Shown here piece by piece: positions 1 to 10,400 of a stretch of 64,000 nucleotides of DNA (the first letter of the stretch is position 1; every line of letters begins with the position of its first letter). The notes under the pieces are model-generated. The model worked only from the letters and a program-made list of their open reading frames with translations, was not told the origin of the DNA and ran no database searches. The position numbers and the translations under genes are program-made. The stretch is from positions 32,001 to 96,000 of the IMG/VR virus record IMGVR_UViG_3300037089_000251; one strand, written 5' to 3'. The DNA is from a virus.

Positions 1-1
1 C

Positions 2-3000
2 AATTGGGTGCCGCCTTTCGCTCCCCTTACGGGGGGCTTGCCCTATTCTGGATACAGCGGATGGGATATCAACCTTGCCCACCCTCCCGGAAACATCCCC
101 GTAACGAGCTTCACTGACGGTCTTGGCTCGGGCGGAACGGTAAGCAGCCGTGCCTTTGAACTGGTTCTGGCGGCTGGCGACTACACCATCGACATGCAGG
201 CCTTGTCGTCCGACTTCGCCCAGTACTCCAACAGCCCCCTCTGGGGAAGCCCCCTCCAGTTCCCCGAGGACCTTGCGGGAATGGTCACGCTCAGCCTCAC
301 CACCTTGGAGCTTGGTCAGGTATTGACCGTAACCCTCAGCAACCTCTACAACGGCACCGGGGTAAGCAACTGGCAGGTCACTGCCGCCCTGGTCAGCAAC
401 CCCCAGATTACCATATCCTCGGGACCGCTGCCCGTCACCAGCCGTACCTTCACCACCATCTTCACCACCCCAGGCTCATGGGTCATCACGGTCCAGACGC
501 TCAGCGACTTCAGCACATTTGAGCCGCCCGTGAAGCTGACCCGTTCCACCTCTGCATCGGTGTTCGTGGTCAACCAGCAGTTTAGCTCCGCCCCCCAGAC
601 CTCCATCACCGGAACGCTGGGAGTCGGCGGCGAGGCGGGCTTCGAGCTTGTTGACAACTCATCCGCCAACGCTACCCCTCAGCCCTACGAGGTCATCGCC
701 CGCAGCCTCGTCCGGGATACCATGACCAACGAGCTTAAGCTCCTCGTGGCGACCAGCCGGTACAGCAACGCAAGCTCCCTGCTCGGCACCATGGCACTGG
801 ACGTGTTCCCGTTCTCGGGACGGCCGCAGGCAAGGGAGCTTCTGGAGCCTCTCTCCGAGGTCTTCCCCGTCAGCGGGACGCTGTCCCCGGTAAAGATACA
901 GACGACCTCCTTGCCCAGCAACGCCTACATCGGGCAGTCGCAGGAGTACTTCAAGTTCATGGTCGCCACGGGCGGCAATGCCCCGTATACTTGGTTTGCC
1001 AACGGGCTTCCCCCTGGTCTGAACATGAGCCTCGACGGCACCATCAGCGGTACGCCCACACAGCTAGGCAACTTCACCGTGAACGTGTCGGTCATGGACA
1101 GCACCTCCCCGGCGTTCATCGCCGAGCAGACCTACACCTTCACCATCCCGACCAACTTGGTAATCTTCACCACCTCGCTGCCGGGTGCGACGGTGCTTAC
1201 TCCCTACTCCTTCACCCTCCTGAATAACGGCGGGCTGCTGCCCTTCACATGGTCGGTACAGGGAGGAACACTGCCTGTCGGCCTTGTCCTCAACCCCAGC
1301 ACCGGGATTATCTCCGGGGTGCCCTGCTCTTATGCGGCGACCGACTTCACCACTCCGTTCTCGGTTACCGTGCAGGTGCAGGATGCCGTGGGGGCACTCG
1401 CTTCTGCCACCTTCTCCCTTGTCTTGTCCCCGGCAGCCCTCCAGTTCGGAGCGCCGGACCAGCCCACCATCTTTGCGGGGCAGGACTTCAAGATTGCCAT
1501 CCCGGTGTTCGGCGGCGTCTCGCCCTACAGCCTGATATCCTCCAGCGACGACCTCAGCCTTGGCACCATCGTCTTGGAGAACGGAACCCTGCAATACACC
1601 GTCAATGCCCCTAACGACAAGCTGGGGGTCCACAGCCTCACAGCGACCGTGCAGGACAGCGCCCTCAACTCCGCCACCAAGACCATCTACTTCACCGTGG
1701 CCACCGAGGTCAGCAACATCCTCGTCGTGCAGGCGGCATTCGAGCATGACTGGGCAAACGGGGACACTACCTCCATAGCCGAGCCGATAGTCGGGGCGCT
1801 ACAGGGCTTCCTTATCAACCAGGGCAACCTCCTCACCGTGCCTGGGGGCGACTTCGTCAACCCCAACGGTCTGGTCGTGACGGTCAACCCGGATGCCTCG
1901 GTCATCACCTCGCCCCCGCTTTCCCCGCCCGTCGTCGGACCCGTGGTGGAGGTGGCTGGTCCGCCCACGACCTTCGGGAACACCGAGGTGCATGTACCCA
2001 TACCGCTCACCAACGGGACATCGACGGTGGCTACCCTCATCCGTGCGTTCTCCCTGCTCTCCCATGACGACACCGGGGAAGTGGCGGGGGATGCCGGGAT
2101 ATCTTCTGCCTTCACCCGGCCTTACTTGGTGAATGATGCAGTGGGACTCAACCCGCAGCGCCCATACTTCAACTCCCCCGAGGTCGTCAACCCCGAAACC
2201 CTCACGGTTCGCCTCAAGACCGGCAGCGTGCTGCCCACCGGGCTGTCGCTCGACCAAGTCAACGGGCTTGTCTATGGAAAGCTGCTCAGGACCTTCGGCT
2301 CCCTCTCGGGGGGAAGCAACACCAGCATCTTGGAGTATATCGACTCCAGCCAGGTCGTGCATGGAACCGTCACCGTTTACTGGGACACGCAGACCACCGC
2401 CCCGTTCTCGCTCAACGGTACTCTCCCCAATGGCACTCTCCAGACGCCCTACAACAATTCCCTGACGAGCAATTCCCCCTCTGCTCTGGCCACGGCTTCC
2501 GTCTATCGTGGGCACCTGCCTGCCGGGCTGACCCTCGGGGTATCGGGCACCAGTGTGACACTCATCGGCACCCCCATGGAGTCGGGGTACTTCGACCTCT
2601 GGATTCAGGCAACCAACGCCGGGGGCGATGTCTCCTATATCTACCAGCGTCTCTCCATAGTCTACATCACTCCCCTTACCATCCTGACAAGTGCATTGCC
2701 TGCCTGTGTCGAGACTGTTGCATACAGCCAAGCCTTGCAGGGATACGGCGGGGTTGTCCCCTACACGTGGACCAGCGATATCGCCACGAGCTTTGCCGGT
2801 CTGGCAGCCTATATCAGCCTCAACCCGTCAACCGGGATACTCTCAGGCACCGTCCCGATGGCCTCCGGGCTTAACGGGCAAAGCCACACCGTGACCTTCA
2901 CCCTCACGGACAGCAATGGAAACACCATCTCGAAGGGCATCACGATGAGCGTGAACAATGCTCTGTCCATCACCACTAACTCAGTCGCCCCAATGACCCT

Positions 3001-5992
3001 CAGCCAAGCCTACACCTTCCAGATGCAGGCTGTCGGGGGTATCCCCCCGTACATGTGGGCTACGACAGCAGGCACATTGCCCACTGGTTCTCCGGGTGTC
3101 ACCATTGACCCCTCGACGGGCATCCTCTCAGGGACCCCGACCCAAGTCGGTTATGGTACGCAGTCTGTCACTTTCCAAGTCACCGACTCTACATTCGTCT
3201 CTGCGGTCAAGGCTCTTCCTGTCACCGTGGGGGTGGTTTCGGGAATGATTATCAACTCCAGCGGCGTGGGCACCATCAACCGTGGGTCTTTCTATCTTGG
3301 CACCCTTGCCGTGAACGGAAGCTACACAACCCCTGTCTCTTGGGCGGTCACCGGGGATTCACCCAACCCCCTCCCGTCCGGTCTCAATCTTGCCGCCAGC
3401 GGCTCGGACAACGGGGCGACGGCGAAGATTACCGGCCTCTACACTGGGGCTGCCTTCACAGGGCTTCTGGTCAAGGTGCAGGCTGTTGACAATGCCGGTC
3501 ACCTTGCCACCGCCACCCTGAGCCTTTCGGCCTCCACTAACTTGGCAATCACCTCGACCTCTCCCCTGCCACAGGGGCTTATCAACATCGCCTACAGCCA
3601 GCAGCTTACCGCCAGCGGAGGAGGGTCGCCTACGGGTGCTGCGCCTGTCTACACATGGTCCCAGACGGGGCTTCCGGGGGGCTTCAGCCTCAGCGGCAGC
3701 GGTCTCCTCACCGGCACTTCCGCCACGGCCATCAACACGACGTTCAATGCCCAAGTGGTGGACTCACTGTCCCCGGCAGACTCGGTCAACAAGAACCTGC
3801 AACTCATCATCTCCGCCAGCACTCTCGCCATCACTACCTCCTCCCCCCTGCCGCAGGGCACGGCAGGTGTAGCCTATAACGTGACCTTGGCGGCGAGCGG
3901 CGGGACACCCCCGTACACATGGCAGCTAGTCGGCGGAGCCTTGCCCAGCGGGCTTAACCTTGGCTCCAACGGGGTCATCAGCGGCACGACATCCAGCGTC
4001 GGGACCTTCAACTTCACCATCCAGGTCACGGACAATGTTAGCTCGGTCTCCCAGAAGGCGTTTGTCCTCACCATCATCACGGGAATGACGCTGCATACCG
4101 GGATAGACTACACCCTCTCCGTTTCCACGGGTTCCATCGGGTATGCGGGCGACGGCAGCGTCGATACCATCAACCCCCGGCTGAACAACTCCTTCTATGT
4201 CGTGGCCACGGGGGTCATCGCCACTTCCCCTGCCCAGCTTAGCGCCACGGTTCCGTCCGGGTACACCTATGTGGTGCAGTCGGTGTCCAGCGGCATAGCA
4301 TTCATCAGGCTCAGCGGTCCGTTTGCGGCCGCCGGGGTGGGCACGCACAACTTCAACATCACCGTAACGGATGTCGGCGGCGTCAATGCCTCTGCCACCT
4401 TCACTTGGACAGTATACGCCAACGGCGCTCTCCGTGTAGCCCCCGGCAGCGGCAGCATCCCTGCCTATGGTGTGCCTCTCCTTGAGGGGACGGTGGCGAG
4501 CCTGCCGGTCTACAACGACCCCAGCAACCCGCTGTTCAACTTCCAGACCTACAACGGCACGGTCGTGCCCCCGGCAGCGGCAGCCACGGCGGACTTCACC
4601 CTCGCTGGAGACACGACCAACTTCCAGGGCATCATCAGCTTCGGGTATGTCAACCCCAACTTCCAGTTCACCTATGCTGGCGGGTCGTTCACCTCGGGGG
4701 TAGCCGCCAACATCCTCACCCTGACGGATGCCGACATCGCCTGGTACAGCACCGCCAAGCAGTTCGACACCTTCACGCCCGGCTCCGGGATTGGCGGAAA
4801 GACCCTCGCCCTGCCGTTCCTCTACATGGTCAAGCCCACCATCCCGTCCAGCGGTGTGGCCCCGCTTGCCCTTACCATCCCCTCCAGCAACGTGACCGTC
4901 GTCACGGTAGCCTCGGGTCCTCCCCAAACCGAGACGGAGGTTCCCAGCAGCTTCGTGGGATGGACATCCTTCGGAAACCTGAAGAACTCAGGTCAGGACA
5001 CCATCACCCTGTTCGGCTCCAACAACACTGTTGACACGTCCCAGACGCTCAACCTGACCAACTTCCTCCTCGGCCTACCATCCAATGCCACGATTTCCCA
5101 AGTCAGGGTCAACCTGACCCTGAACCAGAGCAGCGGGACGAGCGCCGTCTACGTCAACACCAACCTGGTAGGGGTATCGGGGACGAGCTTCCAGAGCCAG
5201 TTGCACTCCAACAGCGGCAACACCTTCTCCTTCATCGGGACTTGGACGGCGGCCCAGCTTAACAACATCGGCTTCGGGGCGGCCTTCTATGCCAACTGCA
5301 CCAACTCTCCGGGCACCGGGGCTGTAATCCAGTTGACCGCCTTCACCTTGCAGGTAACCTACTCGGTGCCGAACTATAACGCCATCACGGTCAACCTGAG
5401 CAAGCCCTTCAGCCCGCAGCAGCAGGGCACGGCGAGCAGCACGGGGGACAGCATCACGGCATCCGCCTCCTTGGACGCCGGGGTATCCCTCATCAGCATC
5501 ACCCCAACCTATGGCAGCGGGGCCACGGCAGGCTGGCTGACCGGATGGACCTTGCAGGTTGCCTTCCCGAGCGGGACGGGCAGCATCACCACGCACCTGA
5601 GCATGACGGTGCAGGGAACCCTGACCTACCTGAACGGGACAAGCATGGTGACGCAGAGCATCACCTACATAAGCGGGGTCATCGCCACCATCGTCGGCAC
5701 ATACTCGGGCGGTGGTGGAGGTGGCGGTTCACCACTGAGCATCACCACAGCTTTCCTGCCCAATGCCACCAGCGCAGAAGCCTATAGTTTCCAGATGCAG
5801 GCTACCGGTGGAACTCCTGGCTATGCTTGGTCCATGACCCCTGTCAGTGCTTCCGGCATAGACTGTGATACTACCGGGCTTTTGAGCGGATTTGCCAGGT
5901 CAGCGGGAAGTTTCAACCTGACATTCTCGGTGAGCGACTCTAGCACCCCGGTGCAGACGGTCACCAAGAACCTGACACTCACGGTGAACTAA
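2..5992 (+). CDS. Very large Ig-like (He_PIG-type) repeat virion protein / tail fibre, 5'-truncated by the window edge
   Basis: Frame is open from the window start. Roughly ten repeats of the type LxITTxxLPxxxxxxxYxxxLxAxGGxxPYTWxxxxGxLPxGLxLxxxTGxISGTP. Thr/Ser/Gly-rich and adjacent to baseplate genes. Confidence 0.75.
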   Translation, partial: NWVPPFAPLTGGLPYSGYSGWDINLAHPPGNIPVTSFTDGLGSGGTVSSRAFELVLAAGDYTIDMQALSSDFAQYSNSPLWGSPLQFPEDLAGMVTLSLTTLELGQVLTVTLSNLYNGTGVSNWQVTAALVSNPQITISSGPLPVTSRTFTTIFTTPGSWVITVQTLSDFSTFEPPVKLTRSTSASVFVVNQQFSSAPQTSITGTLGVGGEAGFELVDNSSANATPQPYEVIARSLVRDTMTNELKLLVATSRYSNASSLLGTMALDVFPFSGRPQARELLEPLSEVFPVSGTLSPVKIQTTSLPSNAYIGQSQEYFKFMVATGGNAPYTWFANGLPPGLNMSLDGTISGTPTQLGNFTVNVSVMDSTSPAFIAEQTYTFTIPTNLVIFTTSLPGATVLTPYSFTLLNNGGLLPFTWSVQGGTLPVGLVLNPSTGIISGVPCSYAATDFTTPFSVTVQVQDAVGALASATFSLVLSPAALQFGAPDQPTIFAGQDFKIAIPVFGGVSPYSLISSSDDLSLGTIVLENGTLQYTVNAPNDKLGVHSLTATVQDSALNSATKTIYFTVATEVSNILVVQAAFEHDWANGDTTSIAEPIVGALQGFLINQGNLLTVPGGDFVNPNGLVVTVNPDASVITSPPLSPPVVGPVVEVAGPPTTFGNTEVHVPIPLTNGTSTVATLIRAFSLLSHDDTGEVAGDAGISSAFTRPYLVNDAVGLNPQRPYFNSPEVVNPETLTVRLKTGSVLPTGLSLDQVNGLVYGKLLRTFGSLSGGSNTSILEYIDSSQVVHGTVTVYWDTQTTAPFSLNGTLPNGTLQTPYNNSLTSNSPSALATASVYRGHLPAGLTLGVSGTSVTLIGTPMESGYFDLWIQATNAGGDVSYIYQRLSIVYITPLTILTSALPACVETVAYSQALQGYGGVVPYTWTSDIATSFAGLAAYISLNPSTGILSGTVPMASGLNGQSHTVTFTLTDSNGNTISKGITMSVNNALSITTNSVAPMTLSQAYTFQMQAVGGIPPYMWATTAGTLPTGSPGVTIDPSTGILSGTPTQVGYGTQSVTFQVTDSTFVSAVKALPVTVGVVSGMIINSSGVGTINRGSFYLGTLAVNGSYTTPVSWAVTGDSPNPLPSGLNLAASGSDNGATAKITGLYTGAAFTGLLVKVQAVDNAGHLATATLSLSASTNLAITSTSPLPQGLINIAYSQQLTASGGGSPTGAAPVYTWSQTGLPGGFSLSGSGLLTGTSATAINTTFNAQVVDSLSPADSVNKNLQLIISASTLAITTSSPLPQGTAGVAYNVTLAASGGTPPYTWQLVGGALPSGLNLGSNGVISGTTSSVGTFNFTIQVTDNVSSVSQKAFVLTIITGMTLHTGIDYTLSVSTGSIGYAGDGSVDTINPRLNNSFYVVATGVIATSPAQLSATVPSGYTYVVQSVSSGIAFIRLSGPFAAAGVGTHNFNITVTDVGGVNASATFTWTVYANGALRVAPGSGSIPAYGVPLLEGTVASLPVYNDPSNPLFNFQTYNGTVVPPAAAATADFTLAGDTTNFQGIISFGYVNPNFQFTYAGGSFTSGVAANILTLTDADIAWYSTAKQFDTFTPGSGIGGKTLALPFLYMVKPTIPSSGVAPLALTIPSSNVTVVTVASGPPQTETEVPSSFVGWTSFGNLKNSGQDTITLFGSNNTVDTSQTLNLTNFLLGLPSNATISQVRVNLTLNQSSGTSAVYVNTNLVGVSGTSFQSQLHSNSGNTFSFIGTWTAAQLNNIGFGAAFYANCTNSPGTGAVIQLTAFTLQVTYSVPNYNAITVNLSKPFSPQQQGTASSTGDSITASASLDAGVSLISITPTYGSGATAGWLTGWTLQVAFPSGTGSITTHLSMTVQGTLTYLNGTSMVTQSITYISGVIATIVGTYSGGGGGGGSPLSITTAFLPNATSAEAYSFQMQATGGTPGYAWSMTPVSASGIDCDTTGLLSGFARSAGSFNLTFSVSDSSTPVQTVTKNLTLTVN

Positions 5993-6687
5993 TGGCATTC
6001 CAGTATGCTTATCCCGGACCGCCGTTTCACTGGCTTGGGAACGTCTCCAAGACCCAGTGGACGACCTTCAAGACATGGGCGAACCAACGACAGGAGGATG
6101 CCTCCTCCGTGTCGCTCCTCCATCGCATCAAGGCGGAGCAGCTAAGGAAGACCGCAGGACTGCTGGAGCAGTATTACTCCTCGGTGTATCCCAACGAGGC
6201 AGGAAGCTATGGGGAGACTCTCGCCCCTACTTTCCAGAAGGCTCCTTGGAAGCCGGGGACGAGCGGGCACTTCAACTACACCTATGGGGACGACCAGCTT
6301 CCCATGGTGATGGTCAGCCGGGTCAAGGGCAACATGAAGGAGATGGTTCAACGGCACGAGGATGCCGTCTACACGATGAACCAAATCCGGTGCATGATTG
6401 AGAAGCACGAGGACACGGCCCAGTATGTCAACGACTTCGTGCAGCCCACTTCGGCGGTGCCGAGCAACCCCACGACCCTGACGGAGCTTCTCGCCAAGGT
6501 TGACAGCTATTTCACGAAGCCTGAGTATCAGAATGTATTAGTGAACGACACGGCGCTCTACAAGGGTCAACCTTACTTCCGTGTCCACCCGGCGGACCTG
6601 CCGACCCAGTATGAACTGGAGCAGGCCAACCACAGCAACCCCTCGGTTCCCATCAGCATCGTGGACAGGGGCGTGGTGACAGCATGA
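5992..6687 (+). CDS. Hypothetical protein in baseplate cluster
   Basis: 231-aa ORF coupled to both neighbours (TAATG and ATGA overlaps). Confidence 0.7.
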   Translation: MAFQYAYPGPPFHWLGNVSKTQWTTFKTWANQRQEDASSVSLLHRIKAEQLRKTAGLLEQYYSSVYPNEAGSYGETLAPTFQKAPWKPGTSGHFNYTYGDDQLPMVMVSRVKGNMKEMVQRHEDAVYTMNQIRCMIEKHEDTAQYVNDFVQPTSAVPSNPTTLTELLAKVDSYFTKPEYQNVLVNDTALYKGQPYFRVHPADLPTQYELEQANHSNPSVPISIVDRGVVTA

Positions 6688-7475
6688 GCTATGACTTCAA
6701 CACGGGTATAGAGCCTTGCCCCCATGTAATCCTTGGGGAGAGGTATGTGGTTAATACCATTGATTTTAGGACTCTAAACCTGGCGGCGGACACCTCTATC
6801 AACATGCGTGCCCCCATCAATGGGCAGTCGGTGGTGACGGTGCGCATCAGCGGGGAGCTTGTGGAGTCGGACGACCCAACCTATGGGTACTCCATAGTGG
6901 CCGACCCCAACCGCCTGACAGAGCAGGGGATACAGTTCTACAAGATTGTGTTCAACAAGACTGTCCGGTGGTTCATCCCTCTCATCGAGGTAGGGTACAT
7001 CACCTTTCAGCCTTATTGCCTGCGATGCTCGGCGCAGGGGCAGTTCAATGACTTTGAGGAGTCCTCGACGGGGAGCTTCATCCGGGTGGTGGATACGGAC
7101 AAGCTGGTGCAGAGGGTGCTCAAGTTCGTGCTCACCTCCAAATGCACCTTCTACCCCCAGTTCACCTGCCCCATCAAGGACTACATCGGGCATAAGTTTG
7201 GAGGGGCTATCACGCAGGAGGACATAGCCTCGGCGGTCATGGCATCCTTGCAGGACCTCAAGACGGTGCAGCAGGCGCAAAGAACCGTGCAGCCCTTGAG
7301 CCAGAAGGAGATGCTGAAGGACATAACCGGGATATCCACGACCCAGCCCGACCCGACCTCGGTCTTCGTGCAGGCGTCGATTACCAGCTATGGGGTGCAG
7401 TCCAGCCCGGTACCGGTCAATTTCTCGATGTCCTCCACCAGGAACCTGGTAGGACCACAAGTGGGGAGTAACTAA
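6684..7475 (+). CDS. Putative baseplate wedge protein (gp25-like C-terminal half)
   Basis: KLVQRVLKFVLT...DYIGHK...EMLKDI...DPTSVFV pattern resembles gp25/W-type wedge proteins; lies directly upstream of the J-like gene. Confidence 0.55.
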   Translation: MSYDFNTGIEPCPHVILGERYVVNTIDFRTLNLAADTSINMRAPINGQSVVTVRISGELVESDDPTYGYSIVADPNRLTEQGIQFYKIVFNKTVRWFIPLIEVGYITFQPYCLRCSAQGQFNDFEESSTGSFIRVVDTDKLVQRVLKFVLTSKCTFYPQFTCPIKDYIGHKFGGAITQEDIASAVMASLQDLKTVQQAQRTVQPLSQKEMLKDITGISTTQPDPTSVFVQASITSYGVQSSPVPVNFSMSSTRNLVGPQVGSN

Positions 7476-10400
7476 TGCAGCCGCCCAGTGTAGGGAATAC
7501 GCTCTCGTTCGTGACGCCGACCATCTTGGTCGGTAGCCCCCCTGTGCAGATTAACGCCATGTCGGTGGACTCCAATGTCCTCCCGTATATCGTGCAGGGC
7601 AGCGAGGGTTATGTGCGCCTGGAGGTTTCCCTCTACGGCACCCTCACCGCCAACTCCTCCCCCGTCGTTTCCGGCACCATAGCCACCTTCACCGGGACGG
7701 CCGCCGTCAACCTCAATGCCGGGAATGCCGTCATCCAGTTCCTTGCTCGCAACTACGACCCTTCGCAGATTGGGTGGAACGCCAGCATCACAAGGGCGAT
7801 AGGCTACCGTTTCGTTGACGACAATGCCCATGTACAGATGGTGGTAGCCGCCACTGGTGCGACCGGGAGCGTCGAGCCTACCGTGTTCACCCTGGCAGGC
7901 CAGTTCCAAGACGTGTCGGCGACGGTCACGGGAGTCTCCATCAGCAGCAATGTCCTGACCGTGCAGGCAGAGAACAACTTCTCGGTGGGGATGACGGTAG
8001 GGTTCAACAACATCCAGCTTGCCACCTTCCTCAATGGCATGTCCGTGGTCATCACCTCGGTGACCTCCACCAGCTTTACGGCCATCTTCGCCGCCTCCGA
8101 CTACTCTTCCGTCCAGCAGGAATCGGGAACTGTCGGGGTCGTGACGGCTGACGGCGGGGTGACATGGCTCAATATCGGATTCTACCAGATAAGCCCCACG
8201 GTGCAGTTCACCATCATCCCCTTCGTCAGCGGCTCCAGTGCCGTCATCGGGCCGCCTTCCGCCGTGAACTCCTACAAGTCCCAGATTGCCTGCCGGGTTG
8301 AGTGGTTGCAACCGACCTTCGCCGGGACGGTGGGCACCAGAGTGGTGTTCTCCACCGACCCTGCCGGGGTCAATCCACCCTTCGTCCAGTACGGTGACAT
8401 CGTTCCGCCCAGCCAGGTAAGCCGGGTGGCTACCCAGATTACCGACAGCACGACCACCACCAGCCTCGACCCCACGACCGGGCTGCAAGTCATAACGACG
8501 ACCAACCAGACGCAGGAGTTCACCTTCAACTATGTGGACATCCCGCCCAGCGCCGTGGCCGGTGCCTCCCCGTTCTATGTCATGCTGAGCACCGTGGTTC
8601 AGGACCCGCTCACCAACGCCGAGTTTGAGTCGCAGCAGAACGGACCCATCACCTGCGGGTTCGTCAACCTGTCACTGGTAAGCCCCACGGACTTCCTCGC
8701 CCTCCAGCGCAAGGAGGACATCGCCGGGCGTCTCATCGCCTACATGACCCAGCTATACCCCAACCTCGACCTCTCGCCCCGGTCGGAGATGCGTGACCTG
8801 CTCATCGACCCCGTGGCCATCGAGCTTTCCAACATGAGCGTCCGGGAATGGTTCGCCCGTTGCAGCACCTCGGTGTCGGCGATGAGCCAGATAGACGATG
8901 CCAACGGTGACGGCATCAGCGACGATTTCAATTCCTCGCCCATCAAGCAGCAGATTGCCCGTGCCTTCGGCCTCAACGCCAACGACACGCAGACCCTCAT
9001 CGACAACCAGTTCAATATCCTCGGGGAGAATGCGGGGCTTACCCGTGCCGGGGCGGCAGCGTCCGTGGTAACCCTGACCTTCTACAACTACACCAAGCCG
9101 ACCCAGACGTTCTCCTTCCCGCTGGGGATTCTCTGCACCACCACGGCCGACTCCGTCACCCCGGCGCTGAGCTTCATCACCACCGGCTCGGCGTCCCTGA
9201 CCCCCAACTCGGCAGCCTCCTTCTACAACCCGGTCGCCGGGCGGTGGGAGGTCAGCATCCCGGCCAACTGCCAGAGCACCGGCAGCAGCACCAATGCCGG
9301 GGCAGGCACCATAAGCACGGTAAGCTCGGGCGGTCCGGGTGGATGGAGCGTGACCAACCTCGTGGCCGCCGCCTTCGGGCAGGACCAAGAGATAAACTCC
9401 CACTTCGCCTCCCGTATCGCCAACAAGCAGGTTACCGGGGTTGACTCCGGTACCCGCAACGGCTACTATACGGCAGCACAGGCGACTCCGGGAATCGTGG
9501 CCACGCAGGTCGTGGCGGCGGGGGACTTGGAGATGGTTCGTGACTGGGACCCCATCCGCCAGAAGCATGTCTTCGGATGCGTGGACATCTACTGCCAAGG
9601 AACCTCCTCCTCGGAGGAGGACGACATCGTGGCGTTCCAGTACCAGAACAACGGGACTCTCGGCCTGTACACGTCCTACATCCCCCTGACCATAGCCTCG
9701 GCCACCGGGACTCTCCTCAAGCTACAAGCTGGCAGCCTTGCCTTCCAAGCCCTCGACTGGCCGCTCTATCAAGGGGTGGAGATTATCGTCACTGGGAACA
9801 CCGGCTCCTTCTACCTTAATGTCACCAACGCCCAGTTCAACACGGCTACCGGGGCGATTATACTCGACCCTGCCGCCCTGTCGTACCAAGTGCCGGTTAC
9901 CGGCGTGGGGCAGGTGAGGATTCCCTACCTTTCCAACCTTGCCGCCGTGCAGGCGGCGGGCGGCAATGTCACCTACGGGCTGCTTGCCCGGCTCCAGTCC
10001 CCCTTGACCGATGTCCCCACGAACCAGCCGGTGGTGGGCGTCAATGATGTCATCGGGCAGCCGACCCAGACAGGAACCGTTCCTACAACGCTGCTGGAGC
10101 TTATCCACAACTCCGACTTCCTCCTGAACGGAGGCTCCAACCAAGCCGGGGACGAGGTTCAGGTAGCCTCCACGGTAAGCTCCCCCATCACCGTTACCTT
10201 GACGGCAAGCACCAGCGTGCCCGTGACCATCGGCACCGCCGTGGATATCCCCATCGACCTCAACGGCAACATCGGCAACATCCTCTCCGTGCGCTCCACC
10301 GACCTCTCCACCCTCTACACCTTCGGACCGGGTGGGGACTACGCTATCGTCGCCACCGGACCCTACCGTACCTATGGTCTTGCCTTGCAGCAGTCGTCGG